Positions 1 to 25,026 are shown, numbered from the stretch's first letter. The stretch: 64,000 nt of DNA from Blastocystis sp. Blastoise (GCA_039096225.1 JBBPEB010000027.1:124001-188000), one strand, 5' to 3'. Numbers and translations are program-made. Notes: a model not told the origin generated them from the letters alone.

Positions 1-1
1 A

Positions 2-7613
<7,612 letters not shown>

Positions 7614-8109
7614 ACTATTTACTTATATAGATTTCTTTTTTTATATATATATTTTTTATTTATTTCATTTTTGTAATATATATATATAATTTAAATTAAT
7701 GTAAATTACCTTTTCTTATTCTTTTCGTTTTTATATATAACTTTTATTCATTGTAGTATATAAAAATCAATTTTTTATTTAATTTTTTTAAACTATATAT
7801 ATTTTTTTATTGTGTTTATATATATATTTATATTTTATAATTTTTTTATATATATATTTTTATATATATATATTTTTATAATATATTATATATATATATA
7901 TCTTATCTTGTGTCAAATCATGAGTTTATATTTCGCTTGTTAACATAATAATATTCGTTTTTAAAGTTATTGTATGTTGTTTATATTATTTTATGTTATA
8001 AATATATATAATAATAAAAAAACAATGAACAAAACAAAAATAAATAAAAAAAACAAATCTGATTTCTTATGAAATAGACACAGGAAATAAGATAGAATAC
8101 TATATTACT

Positions 8110-9321
8110 TTATAAATATAAGTAAGCTTGATCATATTGAGCACAAATATCAAACATATTATTATAATATTTAAATAAATAATCACTATTTTCGAATTTC
8201 TTAGCAATAATATCAACAGATTGTCTATAACACTCAAAGTTAGTTTGATGAATAGGAAGAGAAGTCGATTGAATATATTTCTTATTAATCATCATTTTAA
8301 AATAACCTTCAAAATAAGTATCTACTGTAGATATAAGCTCTAATTCTTTTTCATATTCTTGTTTATATTCTTGAGAATTACGAGTTTCATATAAATGCTT
8401 ATAATAATTCAATTTATTATAATATATATCATGCTTCTCAGTTTCAATAGCAGGGAGTTCTCTGTGTAAATTAACATGAACAAGATCTCCTTCAAAAGCT
8501 TCCGAAATCGGTAAATCTTCAAAAGATAAATCACCATAACGCATTACATTAGAACCAACAACTCGTTCAGCTATTTTTTCAGAATGTTGTTTAAAAGTTT
8601 GAGTAAGATCACCTGCATCTACATTTTCCATCCAACTAACAGAGAAATAATCACCTAAACAACTACCAATATCAACTCCATTCACAAAAGCTTGACTTGT
8701 ACAATAACAAGCATAAGAAGGTTCATCAGGATTAGCAGAAGTCAAAGCATATATATTCCAATCAGTAGGAAGGCTTTCAAACATACTACCAGAATGACAA
8801 GCTTCCATATAATAGACAATTCTTTTATATTTTTTATTTTCATGCATATAAGTGAATGCATTTAATAATTGATCAGAATATAAACTACCATTAGTAAAAC
8901 TAATTAATCCCTTACTACCATGATCAAAGAAAATTAGAAGAATTGTATCTTCTTCAGTCGTTTCTAATACTTTATTATTTCCTTTTTTAATACCTTTAAT
9001 TACTTCTAAATAAAGATCAGGAGTAGACCAAGCACCAGAATAATCGACAACGAATCCTTCATTATAATTTATAGAACCATTACCAGGTTTATTATAAAGA
9101 GTACCAGGAAAAGGATTCTCAGAAGCATTAGGAACATCGTTGATAGAAAAAGTAATAATATGTTCAGGACTATATCCATTATTCAATAGAACATGGTAAG
9201 CATGAGCAGCATCAGCTTGATGTCTGTAATTGTAATAGTAAGCAGAACCAGAGACGATAACAGCCCATTTATCAGCAAGGGCAACACTTAACAAGACAAG
9301 AAGACAAAGAATACGAGACAT
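8110..9321 (-). CDS. Legumain / asparaginyl endopeptidase (peptidase C13), secreted, intronless
   Basis: Signal peptide MSRILCLLVLLSVALA from ATG at 9321; WAVIVSGS-YYNYRHQAD; catalytic DHG and EACHSG; CLGDYFSVSWME. Confidence 0.93.
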   Translation of the reverse strand: MSRILCLLVLLSVALADKWAVIVSGSAYYYNYRHQADAAHAYHVLLNNGYSPEHIITFSINDVPNASENPFPGTLYNKPGNGSINYNEGFVVDYSGAWSTPDLYLEVIKGIKKGNNKVLETTEEDTILLIFFDHGSKGLISFTNGSLYSDQLLNAFTYMHENKKYKRIVYYMEACHSGSMFESLPTDWNIYALTSANPDEPSYACYCTSQAFVNGVDIGSCLGDYFSVSWMENVDAGDLTQTFKQHSEKIAERVVGSNVMRYGDLSFEDLPISEAFEGDLVHVNLHRELPAIETEKHDIYYNKLNYYKHLYETRNSQEYKQEYEKELELISTVDTYFEGYFKMMINKKYIQSTSLPIHQTNFECYRQSVDIIAKKFENSDYLFKYYNNMFDICAQYDQAYLYL

Positions 9322-9671
9322 TTGTAAGTAAATATCGATATATTCACAATATACAAACCAAAAATGAATTTGAGCTTGAAAGAACAAGAATTCTCAATAA
9401 ACAAAAAGGAGAAGTGTTTTCATTTTTTATCATAAAAAAACACTGGTTGATGACGTTACTCTTTGGAATGTATTTGTGTTTCTTTAAGAACAAAAATCAA
9501 ATGAGTTTTTTGTTTTATTTATTCATTCATCTATATCCCGTTGATTTGTCGTGTTTTGATTCTTATAGAATGATTTTGAATTTCTTGAAAAATTGTAAAT
9601 TATCGATTCGATATATGTTTATCCTTTTTGAATCCACAAAAGTTCAATAATACTCATTTTCATATACAAAA

Positions 9672-12296
9672 ATGTCCGAGAATCAGACCGATCAAGTCTA
9701 TACTCTTCGACTTGTGTCACATTCCATCAATTCTACTGTTATGAAAAATATAAAGAATGTGAATATATATTCGAAAGCAGATACTATAGATCAATTCTTT
9801 CAAGACAATAATTCTATTGAAACAGTCAATTTTATTCAAGTGAAGAAACTTAAAGATATTCAGCAATTCGTTGATTTAATAGAAACAGGTCGTTTAAATC
9901 ATATCCAAGAGTTGAATTTCTCACGTATTTAATTTAATTATTATTTATAGTTTAATAAAAAAGTAATTATAATTATATTTAAGAAATAATTTATGTAGAA
10001 AGTAGACTAGGTGATCACGATATGTCACTTTTATTAAAATCATTACAAACAAGTTGTAGTAATCATATTCATATTCTTAATTTAAGTAACAATGCTTGCT
10101 CGAATGCCACAAGTAAACAATTAGGTATTTGTATCAGTAAGGGATGTTTGAAGGAAATCGAAGAAATTATATTAACGCGTATTTTTATTGTTTTTTTAAA
10201 TATGTTTTTTACATATATTAAGGGAATCTGATATTTGCAGGTGGTATAGAGAATATATGCAGAAGTTTTATGAATTACTCGTGTCAACGCTTACAACGAC
10301 TCTCGTTAACGCGTAGATTATATTATATATTGTTATTATTATTTTTTTTTTGTTATTATATATTATGTTATTATTATTTTTTTTTGTTATTATATATTAT
10401 GTTATTGTTATTATATTGTTATTATATTGTTATTATATTGTTTTTTATTGTTATTATATTGTTTTTTATTGTTTTTTATTGTTATATATTATTATTATAT
10501 TATTATTATATTATGATTATATATTATTATATATTATAAAATATATCTAGATTGTCACTTAGGAGATCGAGGAGTAGAAATACTAATGAATAGTTTACAA
10601 GCGTCTCCTTTTATTAGTATTAAAGTATTAGAATTAGCTGGTATATATATATATTATTAATAGCTGTTATTATGATTATTATAAAAATGTTTCCTATATG
10701 TATATTTTCATTATTTATATATATATTTAAGAATTAAAAGTAATATAAAGTTATTATATATATAGATAATGGTATAACGTGGATTGGAGTGAAATATATC
10801 TATCAAACATCACTTTATGGCCGTTTGTTTCATTTAGCTGTTTTAGATCTCTCTAGTAGATATATATATTTATATTTATTTGTATATTTTTTAATTTAAT
10901 ATTCATATATATATATATCCTAGATAATCCTATAATGGAGAAAGGAATACAATTCCTCGTTAAAGCATTGGTTGGCAATAGAACACTCACCCAATCATAT
11001 CCAGATATGTTAGCGTCATCATCGGGAACAGGAACACAATCATTATTAAGCACGTTTTCTGGATGCCCAAATTTACAATCATTATTATTACATTGTACGG
11101 TGTTTCTATAGAGTTTTTTAATTTTGAACATATATATATATATATATATAGCATGTAACTTAAATAGTCGATCGATTTATTCATTTTCATCTTTATTCGG
11201 TTATTTATTACATTTATCTATATTATCATTATCAAATAATAACATAGGAGATCGAGGTGTATATTTCTTATTTAGTTCTTTAGCTCCTTCCTCCATCCCT
11301 CTACAAGTACTAGATCTTAATGGTATATATTATTATTATCATTATTATGTTTATTATTATCATTATGTTTATTATTATTATTATTATTTTAAATCAAAAC
11401 TTTTCTTTATAATATGTACTTATTTAATTAAATAAGAATTCTATTACTATATAAATAGACACGCATTTAACTTCGGATGCTTGTATATATATGTATAATT
11501 GTATATCTATATCTCACTCGTTGGATCACCTACAAACACTCTGTTTGGGATGTATATATATATATAATAATAATAATAACATTAATAATATTAATAATAA
11601 TATATACAAATATTAATATATATATGGTATATAATATATAGATAATAATCTTGAAGATAGAGGCCTCTGTATATTAATAAATTCGCTAAAAGAGAATCAT
11701 TTTCAACACTTAAAAACACTTTATATAAATAAAATAAAATTGACTTCAAAAGGTTCTCAAATCTTTTATTCTTTTATTAGAGAACAGACTATATATAAGA
11801 ATCTCAATATATATATAGGAGGTATACATATTTGCTTGTATTAATTTATTTTGTTGACCTTTTTGTTTTTATATAGTATATAGTTTATTATTTATTATAT
11901 AATTACAATATATCATATATATATATAGAGAATAAATTATCTAAACAGAATATATCTCATTTGTATAATTTATTAAATAACTTGAATGATAATACTCAAT
12001 CTATCCCCCCTTGTAAAGTCATTAACTGTGATAAAGGCATAAAAATACCTTTAAAAGAACTCGTATATATAAATAAACCAAAAATCTCAACAAAACCAAT
12101 CTCTCATGTTGTTGCTCGTATATATATATATTATTATTATTATATATAATTACTAGTTTTATAATAAAAACTATGATTATTGATTTCTATAGAGCCACTA
12201 CAAATTGCAAACAAACCAGATGTCTCTTTTTATTCATATCTAAATACTTTTTCATCAGAAGATCTTTACGCTGTTCATACACCTCCTGCTGCATAA
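9672..12296 (+). CDS. Ribonuclease-inhibitor-like leucine-rich repeat protein (about 11 exons)
   Basis: Repeats such as LNLSNN, LSLSNNNIGDRGV, CHLGDRGV, NNLEDRG. Internal exons of 90/180/171/93 nt with phase-1 GT-AG introns; TAA at 12294-12296. Confidence 0.8.
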
Positions 12297-12890
12297 GAAA
12301 AACTTATTTTTATACAAATAAAACCATTTTATTTTATTCTCTTCATATAAATATGTTTTTATTAGATCGTTTTCATCGTGTGAACACTTTATATTTCACA
12401 TCTTTCTAATTTGAATAGTACTTATTATTAGCTATAATTATCTTGGCTTGTAATCATATTATTTTTAAATGCTTGAAAAGGCAAAATAAAATTACTGTGA
12501 AATTTTTAAAATTCAATGACATTTTTATACATTTAACATATATAAAAAAAACAAAAGAAACCATGAAGTATTATTTTCACAATATATATATATGTTACAA
12601 AACATTAGATTAATTGAATAGATTATGAGAATGAATTGATGAATCACAGACAGAAGTTTCTATAAAGATCTTGATACACTGATTAACACACGTATGCTTT
12701 AATTAAAACGGAAATTGACTTAAAGTATCAAAAGAAATCACAAACACCACATTTTCATAAAAACTCTTTTAATAGGGCAGAAGACGAGAGATATCCCCTT
12801 CACAAACAAATTTGTTATTATTTGTTTTTTAAATTAAACTCTTATATCGAATATTTTGATTATTAAAAGTAGTTAGGCATATACATAAAA

Positions 12891-14008
12891 ATGTCAGGAG
12901 ACGAACAAACAACAAGAATTGTTGCATTTGAAAAAGTATTCTCTTTAACACATTATTCTGTTCTATAAACATGATAGGCTATTCAAAAAATATTAGATGT
13001 ATTAGAAACAAACATACCTGATATTATATGGTATGGGAATTATGGTGATTATGGAATTCAAATGAAAGATTATCTACAGGAAATGGGAAAAACATTATTG
13101 AAAGAGTTACGACAAAATGCAGAAGATGAAATTCACATTCTTATACAAGAAAAGAACGTTAATCGTGTTCTTCGTGACATAGACTATAAAGTAGAAAGGA
13201 ACAATCAAATTAAAAGTATTTACGAAGAATTGTATGCTAGTTTTCTATATAGTTTTAGGTTATTTCTTTATTCATATATATATATATATATTTATATTAT
13301 CTCAATTATTACATTTAAAAAAATATTATAGTGGAGATCCAAATAAGAATGAAGAAGCTATAATAAAATTAAGGATATTATATAAAAAACGATTAATTAA
13401 GCAACTTGAAAAACGTAAACAGAAAGTATATATATAGTTATTTATATTGTATATTATTTGTTAATAAAATTTCTGTTTTATTCTTTATATATAGTTATTT
13501 ATATTGTATATTATTTGTTTACTATAATTTCTCTGTTTTATTCTTTATATATATTTATTTATATAGTATACTATTTGTTTACTATAATTTCTGTTTTATT
13601 CTTTATATATAGTTATTTATATACTATACTATTTGCTAATAAAATTTCTCTGTTTTATTCTATATATATAGTTATTTATATAGTATACTATTTGTTTACT
13701 ATAATTTCTCTGTTTTATTCTTTATATATATTTATTTATATAGTATACTATTTGTTTACTATAATTTCTCTGTTTTATTCTTTATATATATAGTTAGAAG
13801 ATGAAATACAATCTTTAAATCAATCTCTAGAAACAGAATCAAATACAATTCAAGAATGCTACACACAAATTCATCAAGTATATATTTATGTATATATATG
13901 TTTATATATATATGTATATAGATGAATTCTCAAATAGATTTATCAGGATTAAATTCAAAAGATGAGGAATTATTAAATGATTTAAAAAATGTTTTTCCTA
14001 CTCATTAA
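12891..14008 (+). CDS. Coiled-coil protein, Nnf1/PMF1 (Mis12 kinetochore complex)-like
   Basis: Five exons splice to ~185 aa: TRIVAFEK...EDEIHILIQEKNVNRVLRDID...LEDEIQSLNQSL. Size and pattern resemble Nnf1; the identification is tentative. Confidence 0.5.
13426..13793 (+). repeat. Intron built from about 6 tandem copies of a 57-60 bp unit
   Basis: Unit approximately tatatatagttatttatatwgtataytatttgtttactataatttctctgttttattctt, running from the GT donor to the AG acceptor. Confidence 0.85.
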
Positions 14009-14286
14009 GATATATATATATAATAGGATTGTAATTTTATGTTTTTGTATTATTATTATGCTTCTTTTAAATTTATTTTGGTTTCGTTTTATATATTATT
14101 AAAATGTAAAACAGACTTAAATAACGAGATTTACAAAAAAAAAACAATTAGACAAATAGCAATCGATTTGACATGCAAATATATTTTAATATGACATTTA
14201 TACATGTATATAAGATGAATAAGAACATAATAGATTAAATATTATTTACGAAAAGTATATTCGTTAGTATAATAATAAAAAAATAT

Positions 14287-17834
<3,548 letters not shown>

Positions 17835-17884
17835 TGTATATAGAGATAGACAAGGTAAATACAAAAAAGATTTTCATTTCTCTC

Positions 17885-17955
17885 TAGAGAATTACCAAAA
17901 ACCGGATAAAGCTAAATAGCTGGTTTAAACCAGCTAAAATTTTTAGCCGGTTTTT
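17885..17955 (+). repeat. Left TIR of the hAT element
   Basis: Exact reverse complement of 21964-22034; contains the 20-bp palindrome TAGCTGGTTTAAACCAGCTA. Confidence 0.95.
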
Positions 17956-18089
17956 GATTTTTACAGTCAAAATTTTTAGCCGATTTTGAAACCAGCTAAA
18001 AATCAAAAAATATATTCATTCATATTGTATATGATTCATTAGTTATTTATCATTCTATATAGCATTTATATATAGAAACTAGCTTATTA

Positions 18090-18577
18090 ATGACTGATAC
18101 AAGAAGTATGTAAATAAAAACAATCTTTTTTTATATCATTCTTTTATAATATAGATAATACATTCATTTCTTCCTTTATTAACGATGACTTTGAGGTACT
18201 GAATGGTTCTGGTCTTACATTGGATGAGAGTATTTTAGATGAAATGGAATCCAAGTTAATTATTGATTGTAATGAGGATAATATACTAACGTCTAAATCA
18301 GATAACATCATTATAATTAACAGTACAATAGAAAATGGTAGAGATACTTCAAAAGATAAGAATGCTAAAACAGATACAGCTGGAAATGATGGTTTTAGAG
18401 ATCTAGATATTCCTAATGGCTTTAATAATCCTACTAATACAATGAATATTCATGAACATGGTGCTGTATCGTCGTATATATATATTTTTATTAAATTAGT
18501 GTTTATTTATATAGTATTTCATGTACAACAGTCAGAAGAGTCCTTTTTAGTCCAATAAAAACAAAAAGATCTAATTG

Positions 18578-18675
<98 letters not shown>

Positions 18676-21480
18676 TTATAGTATCTCCTATTAAACAACT
18701 AAAAATAAGATATTCAAATGGAAAAATATGTCCTCTATTTAAGACTAAAGAATCACATGGTGTAAAACGTATCTTATGTGCTTTATGCTTAAATGATGAT
18801 TTGTATACAGCATGGATAAATGGTAATAATACAAATCAAGGTTTTGTATATATATTATCTATAAATATTGCTATAACTATATCTTGTCTATAGAAATTTA
18901 ATTCATCAAATTACTCACTAAGATATCATGCAGAACATAAGCACAACATCAGAATTAATGATCCTGTTTCAACCTTTGATACAGAATATACAAAAACAAT
19001 TGATACAAAATCAAAAGAGACTTGCATTGTTATGCTACTTTGTGTATATTGATATTCTTTTATTATTTATTATTATAGACAATAGCTTTCTCTGATTTAC
19101 CATTTCAGTTCGTTAAGTCTGAACCCTTATCAATTCTTTTAAAGGATAGTATATACATTCCTACCTATCGAGAATTGAAATATGGACTTAATGTCTTATC
19201 AAATTACATTTTTGATTCGTTGAAGAAGTATTTTAAACTATCACATATTAGATCAATTATTCTGGTTCATGATGCTGTAACTACCACGAATACAATTCAT
19301 TTTTTCTCCATATATGCATTTTGGTATAATACAAAAACAATGAAATATGAGCAGTGTATGCTGAAAATGATTAGTGAAAGTAATGGCTCTTCAAGTGAAG
19401 ATATAGCTGTACAATTAATTGATGTAATTAAGAAATATGAAATCCAAGAAAAAATATTTGGCTTTGTGTCTGATTCTGCATCTTCTAATGTTAAATGTTC
19501 AAATACAATTGGTACTATTGCAAAACATATGAATGTGAATATTAAATATAAAAAAGACTACTGTTACATGTTCTGTGGGGTACATATAATAAATAATATA
19601 ATTAAAAGTATATATATATATTATTCTATATATTTTTATTTTATATATATTATTCTATATATAGTTGTAGTATACATTATTGTCTATATAATTATATATA
19701 TATATTAATCTACATATATATTTCTGTTTATATTATATATTTTGGATATATATTTCTATATGTATTTGTTTTATATATATGTGTTTATTTATATATATTA
19801 TTCTATATATATTATTCTATATATGTTTTTTTATATATATTATTCTATATATATTATTCTGTATATAATTCTATGCATACTTTAATATAATTCTATTTAT
19901 ATAGCATTTATTAATACACTCTTCGGAGAACATTATTCTGTAATCGATCAATTAAATTCTATTTATTGTAGAATTAATCATTCGTACACTCTATTAAAGA
20001 AATACCAAACTATAACTGGTTCTACTAAAAAGTTTCATACATATGTAAAAACTAGATTTAATTCTCTAGATAATTTATTGGAATCTTCATATATACTATT
20101 AAATTCAATGGATAAACTTCAGCTAAGTAGCATTATTAATAGAAACGAAATTAGTGAATATGATATTCAAGTTATTCATTTATTACATCCGTTTATTAAT
20201 TCATGTAGTAAAATAAGTAATATACTTGCAAGTGATTCTACTGGTGTGGCCTATTTCGCTTTAGAACTAGTTCGAATTTATTTTAATTTACAAAGTATGG
20301 GTTCATCAGTTGAGGAATTGGAGGAATTAATGATTCCATCTACTAAAGATTATCCTGATGATTTTAAATTACTTACTGATCTTTCTCCTCTCTTATGTTA
20401 TTTCGACGAAAAATATAATTTAAAAGAAAATGCATTAGAGGATATTTTAAATAAAAAATCTATTAATATGGAAACAGTACAAGATAAAGAGAATAATAAA
20501 GATTCTGATTATGAATATATAATTGATGAGATTAATGATACAAACTATGATAGTACCAATAATGAAGATGATTATGATTATTCTGACTCGGAACCATGTA
20601 CAATTGAAGAAGAAGAAAACACTGACAAGATATATGAGGAAATGAAAAGAACCAGTTGCGAATCAACAGAAGAAAATAATCCTAATGATGATATATACTC
20701 TCCTTTTCATGGTATCTATAATTTTAATCTGGCTAAAGTTAAGAGTATGAATCTTATCAAGAAGTATTTAGAAAGAATGAAGAGTATCATCTTTGCAACT
20801 ATTATTTTAGATCCATCTATTGATAAAAAAAAGACACTCTGCTTATTTACTAAAGTATGTCCTTTGGATTTAGAATATGAATTTATTAAGTATATATATT
20901 TATTGTATGAAATATATTATCTATTATCTATAATTACTTATATAGTATATATTTTATTATATCTATCTTAGAGTTACTATATTATATGTTCTATTTTTTA
21001 TCTATTATATATATTAGCTATTATGTTTATCTATTATATAACATATTTATATATAGACTTATTTCGTATTTACAAAATAATTATAAACTAGATACATATG
21101 ATTTAAAAATTTATGATAATTCTTCATCATGCTTCCTTTATGACACTTTTCGTGTTTCACCTTCGTATTATACATTATTGAGTCAATATTTAGGAATTCC
21201 TCTAGTAATAAAACCAATTATTCAGTGGTGGTCAGATAATTGCAGTTACTATCCTGGATTATCTGATTTTGCTGTTTCATTATTATCTATAAAACCTTCT
21301 TCTATTTCTATTGAAAGAAGTTTCAGTAAAGTAAGAAGAATTATCTCATATGGAAGATCTAACCTGAAACCAAAAACAGTTGAGCAGCTGCTAATTTTAA
21401 AGGAAGTACAAAATAAATTTGAGTTTTCTGAGTATAGTCAATTAATAAATGGCTATACAGCTTATTATAAAAAAATGTGA
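18090..21480 (+). CDS. hAT transposase (BED finger, DDE core, C-terminal dimerisation domain), 8 exons
   Basis: Seven GT-AG introns splice to one open frame: CALC...YHAEHKH (BED), VHDAVT, VSDSASSN, CGVH, TRFNS, QWW...YPGL...PSSISIERSFS. Confidence 0.9.
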
Positions 21481-21963
21481 ATTCATTGTCTCAAATATAT
21501 ATATTTTTTATTAATTATATTATATTATATTATTTGTCATGTATCTATAATCTAATTCGTGAATTATGAATCATTATACACTGTATGTTTTTTTTCACGT
21601 AATTAATTAGAATTAAAAAAATAAGTTCGTCTGTGTGGTTGTGTTTATATCAAAATCTTTTATTTTATTCATAGTTGAAATCAGATCACTGATAAATCAG
21701 ATTAAACTACGTACATTTCTTTTTTGCAATTAACTATAGTTTAGAATTTTATCAAGTGGTTCCCTCTTTATTAGTCAGTATATCTTGTATATTCTTATAG
21801 AATAGACGTTATTTGATAAAACTAGACTTTTATAGTGATAATCATGAATGATTTTAAGTTTAACCGGAATTTTGATTTATCTGTACTTATGTAAGTCATT
21901 ATAATATGATCAATTCAAAATGAAAAAGCATTGATGCGTATAACATTCAAAACATCATTATAT

Positions 21964-22034
21964 AAAAACCGGCTAAAAATTTTAGCTGGTTTAAACCAGC
22001 TATTTAGCTTTATCCGGTTTTTGGTAATTCTCTA
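21964..22034 (-). repeat. Right TIR of the hAT element
   Basis: 71/71 match to the left TIR. Confidence 0.95.
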
Positions 22035-22626
22035 TTTCTCTCCGAAATGTTTTCCTTTTTATCATATAATGAATCCCCGCTATTATTGAGTTTCTTTTAA
22101 AGTCTCAATATTTTCTCCTCATTGAAGCACTTTAAAGAGTTATCTTAAATGCTTTGTGTTTCCTTGTATATAAATATACAACCTGCTATAATTGTCCTAA
22201 TAAATAAATGACGATTAAAGAAACACAGTGAGATTTGATGCTTTTTTAAAAATTCTTTCGTCGGTTTTATAATGTTCAGCATTATTTTATGATAAGGAAT
22301 GTTTGATTAATTGATGTTTCTTGATTAATTTATACATTTAAAAAATTCTGATAACGAATCTGAGAGATTTCACGTCAAAAAAGTGGGTCTTATGTATTAT
22401 AAATTTATTGATGCAATAAAACTTAATTATAAATATATTTATTTAACAAAAACTGTTGCAACCCAGATTATTGTTTTCAAATAAAACCTATTTCATTTAT
22501 ATATAATACAGCGTATGTGTAAATTTATGAATTCATGGTATACTTAATATGAATCATAATAAAAAACAAACAACTACAAAATGTTTATCAATACACAAGT
22601 ATCATATTGATAAAATTAAGATCAAA

Positions 22627-22700
22627 GCTCGCATGGCCCAATTGGATAAGGCATCTGCCTACGGAGCAGGAGATTGTGGGTTCAAGTCCCGCTGTGAGCT
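22627..22700 (+). tRNA. tRNA-Arg(ACG)
   Basis: Acceptor GCTCGCA/TGTGAGC, anticodon loop CT-ACG-GA, T-loop GTTCAAGTC, downstream T-run. Confidence 0.93.
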
Positions 22701-23331
22701 ACTTCTTTTAATTATTTTTTTCACTTTTTTTTGGTTCTTATTATATATTCTTTTTTGCCAAGGAAATGTTTTGTACACAAAACAGTATCTTTCATAATAT
22801 TAATTTGAATATAGATTCAGGCAAGGATCAAATGAGTTTTGAGATATATTCAAGCCAAATGTTACTAATATAAAAATTTCATATATATACAACTTCCCGC
22901 CTAAATACTAATTTGATTTCTCCTATAAAATACCACAATTTCAATGAAGAAAATAAAAAAGAATAAGATTTTGATACTTATTTGCCCTAAGAAATACATT
23001 TATACAACCCAAAAAAAAGTAGTACTTGTTACTAAATAGGCTAAACAAAAATAGTATAAAAAAATCTAACAAATGAAGACAACATTTAAGAAAATAGAAT
23101 ATTATTTTCCTTTGTTCAAGAAGATACAAATGACAAAGTGTTTTCATTCTTAATTCTCATCTTATTCATTTCTCATCTGTGCCCATATGAGAAAATATAT
23201 GTCTTCGTTCTTCACGCGAAGAAACGATGAAAAGATACTTTTTAGCACTTTGTCGTTAAAGATATGTATGTTTGATTTCATTCATATTTTTTTTTTGTTT
23301 TCAAAGAATTATTTAGTTTATTATATTTTTA

Positions 23332-23952
23332 ATGGCTCCTTCTATTCGTGATCTTGCTCCTACATTCACTCTTGCTGGTGCTCAACAATTTGATATCCTC
23401 CCATCTTGGTCTCTTGAAAATCATAGGGATTCTTGGACTTGTATTCTCTTCTATCCTATGGATTTCACTTTTGTTTGTCCTACTGAAATCATTTCTTATT
23501 CTAAGGCTATTGGTGACTTCACTGATCTTAACTGTAATGTCATAGGTATTTCTGGTGATTCTCCTTATGTTCATCTTACTTGGTTAACTACTCCTGCTAC
23601 TCAAGGTGGATTACAAAATCAAGTTGTCTTCCCTCTTCTTTCTGATGTTGATCGTGAAGTTATGAAGGCTTATGGTGTTTATAATCCTGATAAATCGGGT
23701 CTTGATTATGCTCAAGCTTTCCGTGGTTTATTCTTAATTGATACTCATGGCAAATTACGTCATGTATATATTAATGATAATGGTGTTGGCCGTAATGTTG
23801 ATGAAACTCTTCGTGTTCTTGAAGGTCTTCAATATACTGATAAGTTTGGTGAAGTTTGTCCTGCTGGATGGCATAAGGGTGATGAAACTATTAAACCAAC
23901 TTCAGAAGGTATTTCTCAATTCCTTGTTAAACATACTAATGAGAAGAAGTAA
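23332..23952 (+). CDS. Typical 2-Cys peroxiredoxin (Prx1/AhpC family), intronless
   Basis: FYPMDFTFVCPTEI, RGLFLID, GRNVDE, GEVCPAGW. Confidence 0.95.
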   Translation: MAPSIRDLAPTFTLAGAQQFDILPSWSLENHRDSWTCILFYPMDFTFVCPTEIISYSKAIGDFTDLNCNVIGISGDSPYVHLTWLTTPATQGGLQNQVVFPLLSDVDREVMKAYGVYNPDKSGLDYAQAFRGLFLIDTHGKLRHVYINDNGVGRNVDETLRVLEGLQYTDKFGEVCPAGWHKGDETIKPTSEGISQFLVKHTNEKK

Positions 23953-24399
23953 ACTAGACATTCTTGTTGAACCTTATCATCTATATATATTAAAATAGTT
24001 ATTATCAATATTTAGTACCTGAAATGAATTTCATTTTTTAATTATTCATAGAATTTGCTTTTAAAGTGTTAATATGGCATTAATATCTTATCTACTTATT
24101 GATTATTTTGTTTTGTTAAGACTAACATTTCTTAAATTAATTGACTGAAACTAATAATTACTGAAAAGAACATAGAATTTCTATATATTTTAAAATATAC
24201 TTTAATACATATAAAAATGATTAAATTATAAATTTTTGAGAATGTTAATCGCTGAAGAATAAATTTCAAAAATATATTGTTTTTCATTTTGAAAAAATGG
24301 GGTTAAATTTTTCTTGAAAAATTCAAAAAAAAAAAGCAACAACAACAAAACAGACTTGTAAAAAATGAAATTGACAAAATAATGATAAATTATATTTGT

Positions 24400-24934
24400 T
24401 TAACAGATCTTGACTTCTTTAAGAGTGGGAACAGTGACGGGACCAGCAGATGTCATGAATCTGGCTTCCTAAAAAATGAATAAAATAGTAAAACAGAACG
24501 TGAATAAAAGTTCAAAAAAAAAAAATTACAAAAATATACTTTATAGAGGGCTTCACCTTCTTTATTGATAGTAAGATAAGGAGATGATTTACCCCAAGGA
24601 GAAGTTTTACGAGTAGGAACAACTTCATCATCAGGATAAATATCAGGAAGACCTTCAAAAGTGACAATTTCACCAAGAGCAGCACCTTCAGGAGGAGTAA
24701 GAGGTTCAATCTTACTATTATCTTCATTACAAGCACATAATACCATACCCTATAAGAGAATCATATAAGTATTATGATACGACAGGTATTGTAATAATAA
24801 TAATAAACACTAATATATAGAATTACATTAGATTCAAAGTTAAGAGTACGTCTGGATTTGAAGTTAGTGACTACAATTACTCTTCTATTTTCTAATTCAG
24901 ACATAGGAACAATATTTCTTAAACCTATAAGGGA

Positions 24935-24983
<49 letters not shown>

Positions 24984-24986
24984 TTG

Positions 24987-25026
<40 letters not shown>

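Larger units (their letters stand above)
17885..22034 (+). mobile_element. Complete autonomous hAT DNA transposon (4150 bp)
   Basis: Perfect 71-bp TIRs beginning TAGAGAATTACC; identical 8-bp TSD TTTCTCTC at 17877-17884 and 22035-22042; internal transposase gene. Confidence 0.96.

Noticed and set aside
13426-13793. CRISPR-like array (also 32761-32960 and 56580-57400)
   Set aside because: Contiguous tandem units without unique spacers, inside eukaryotic introns, with no cas genes.
22034-22700. tRNA-targeted insertion of the hAT element
   Set aside because: A single instance about 590 bp from the tRNA, and hAT elements are not known to target Pol III genes.
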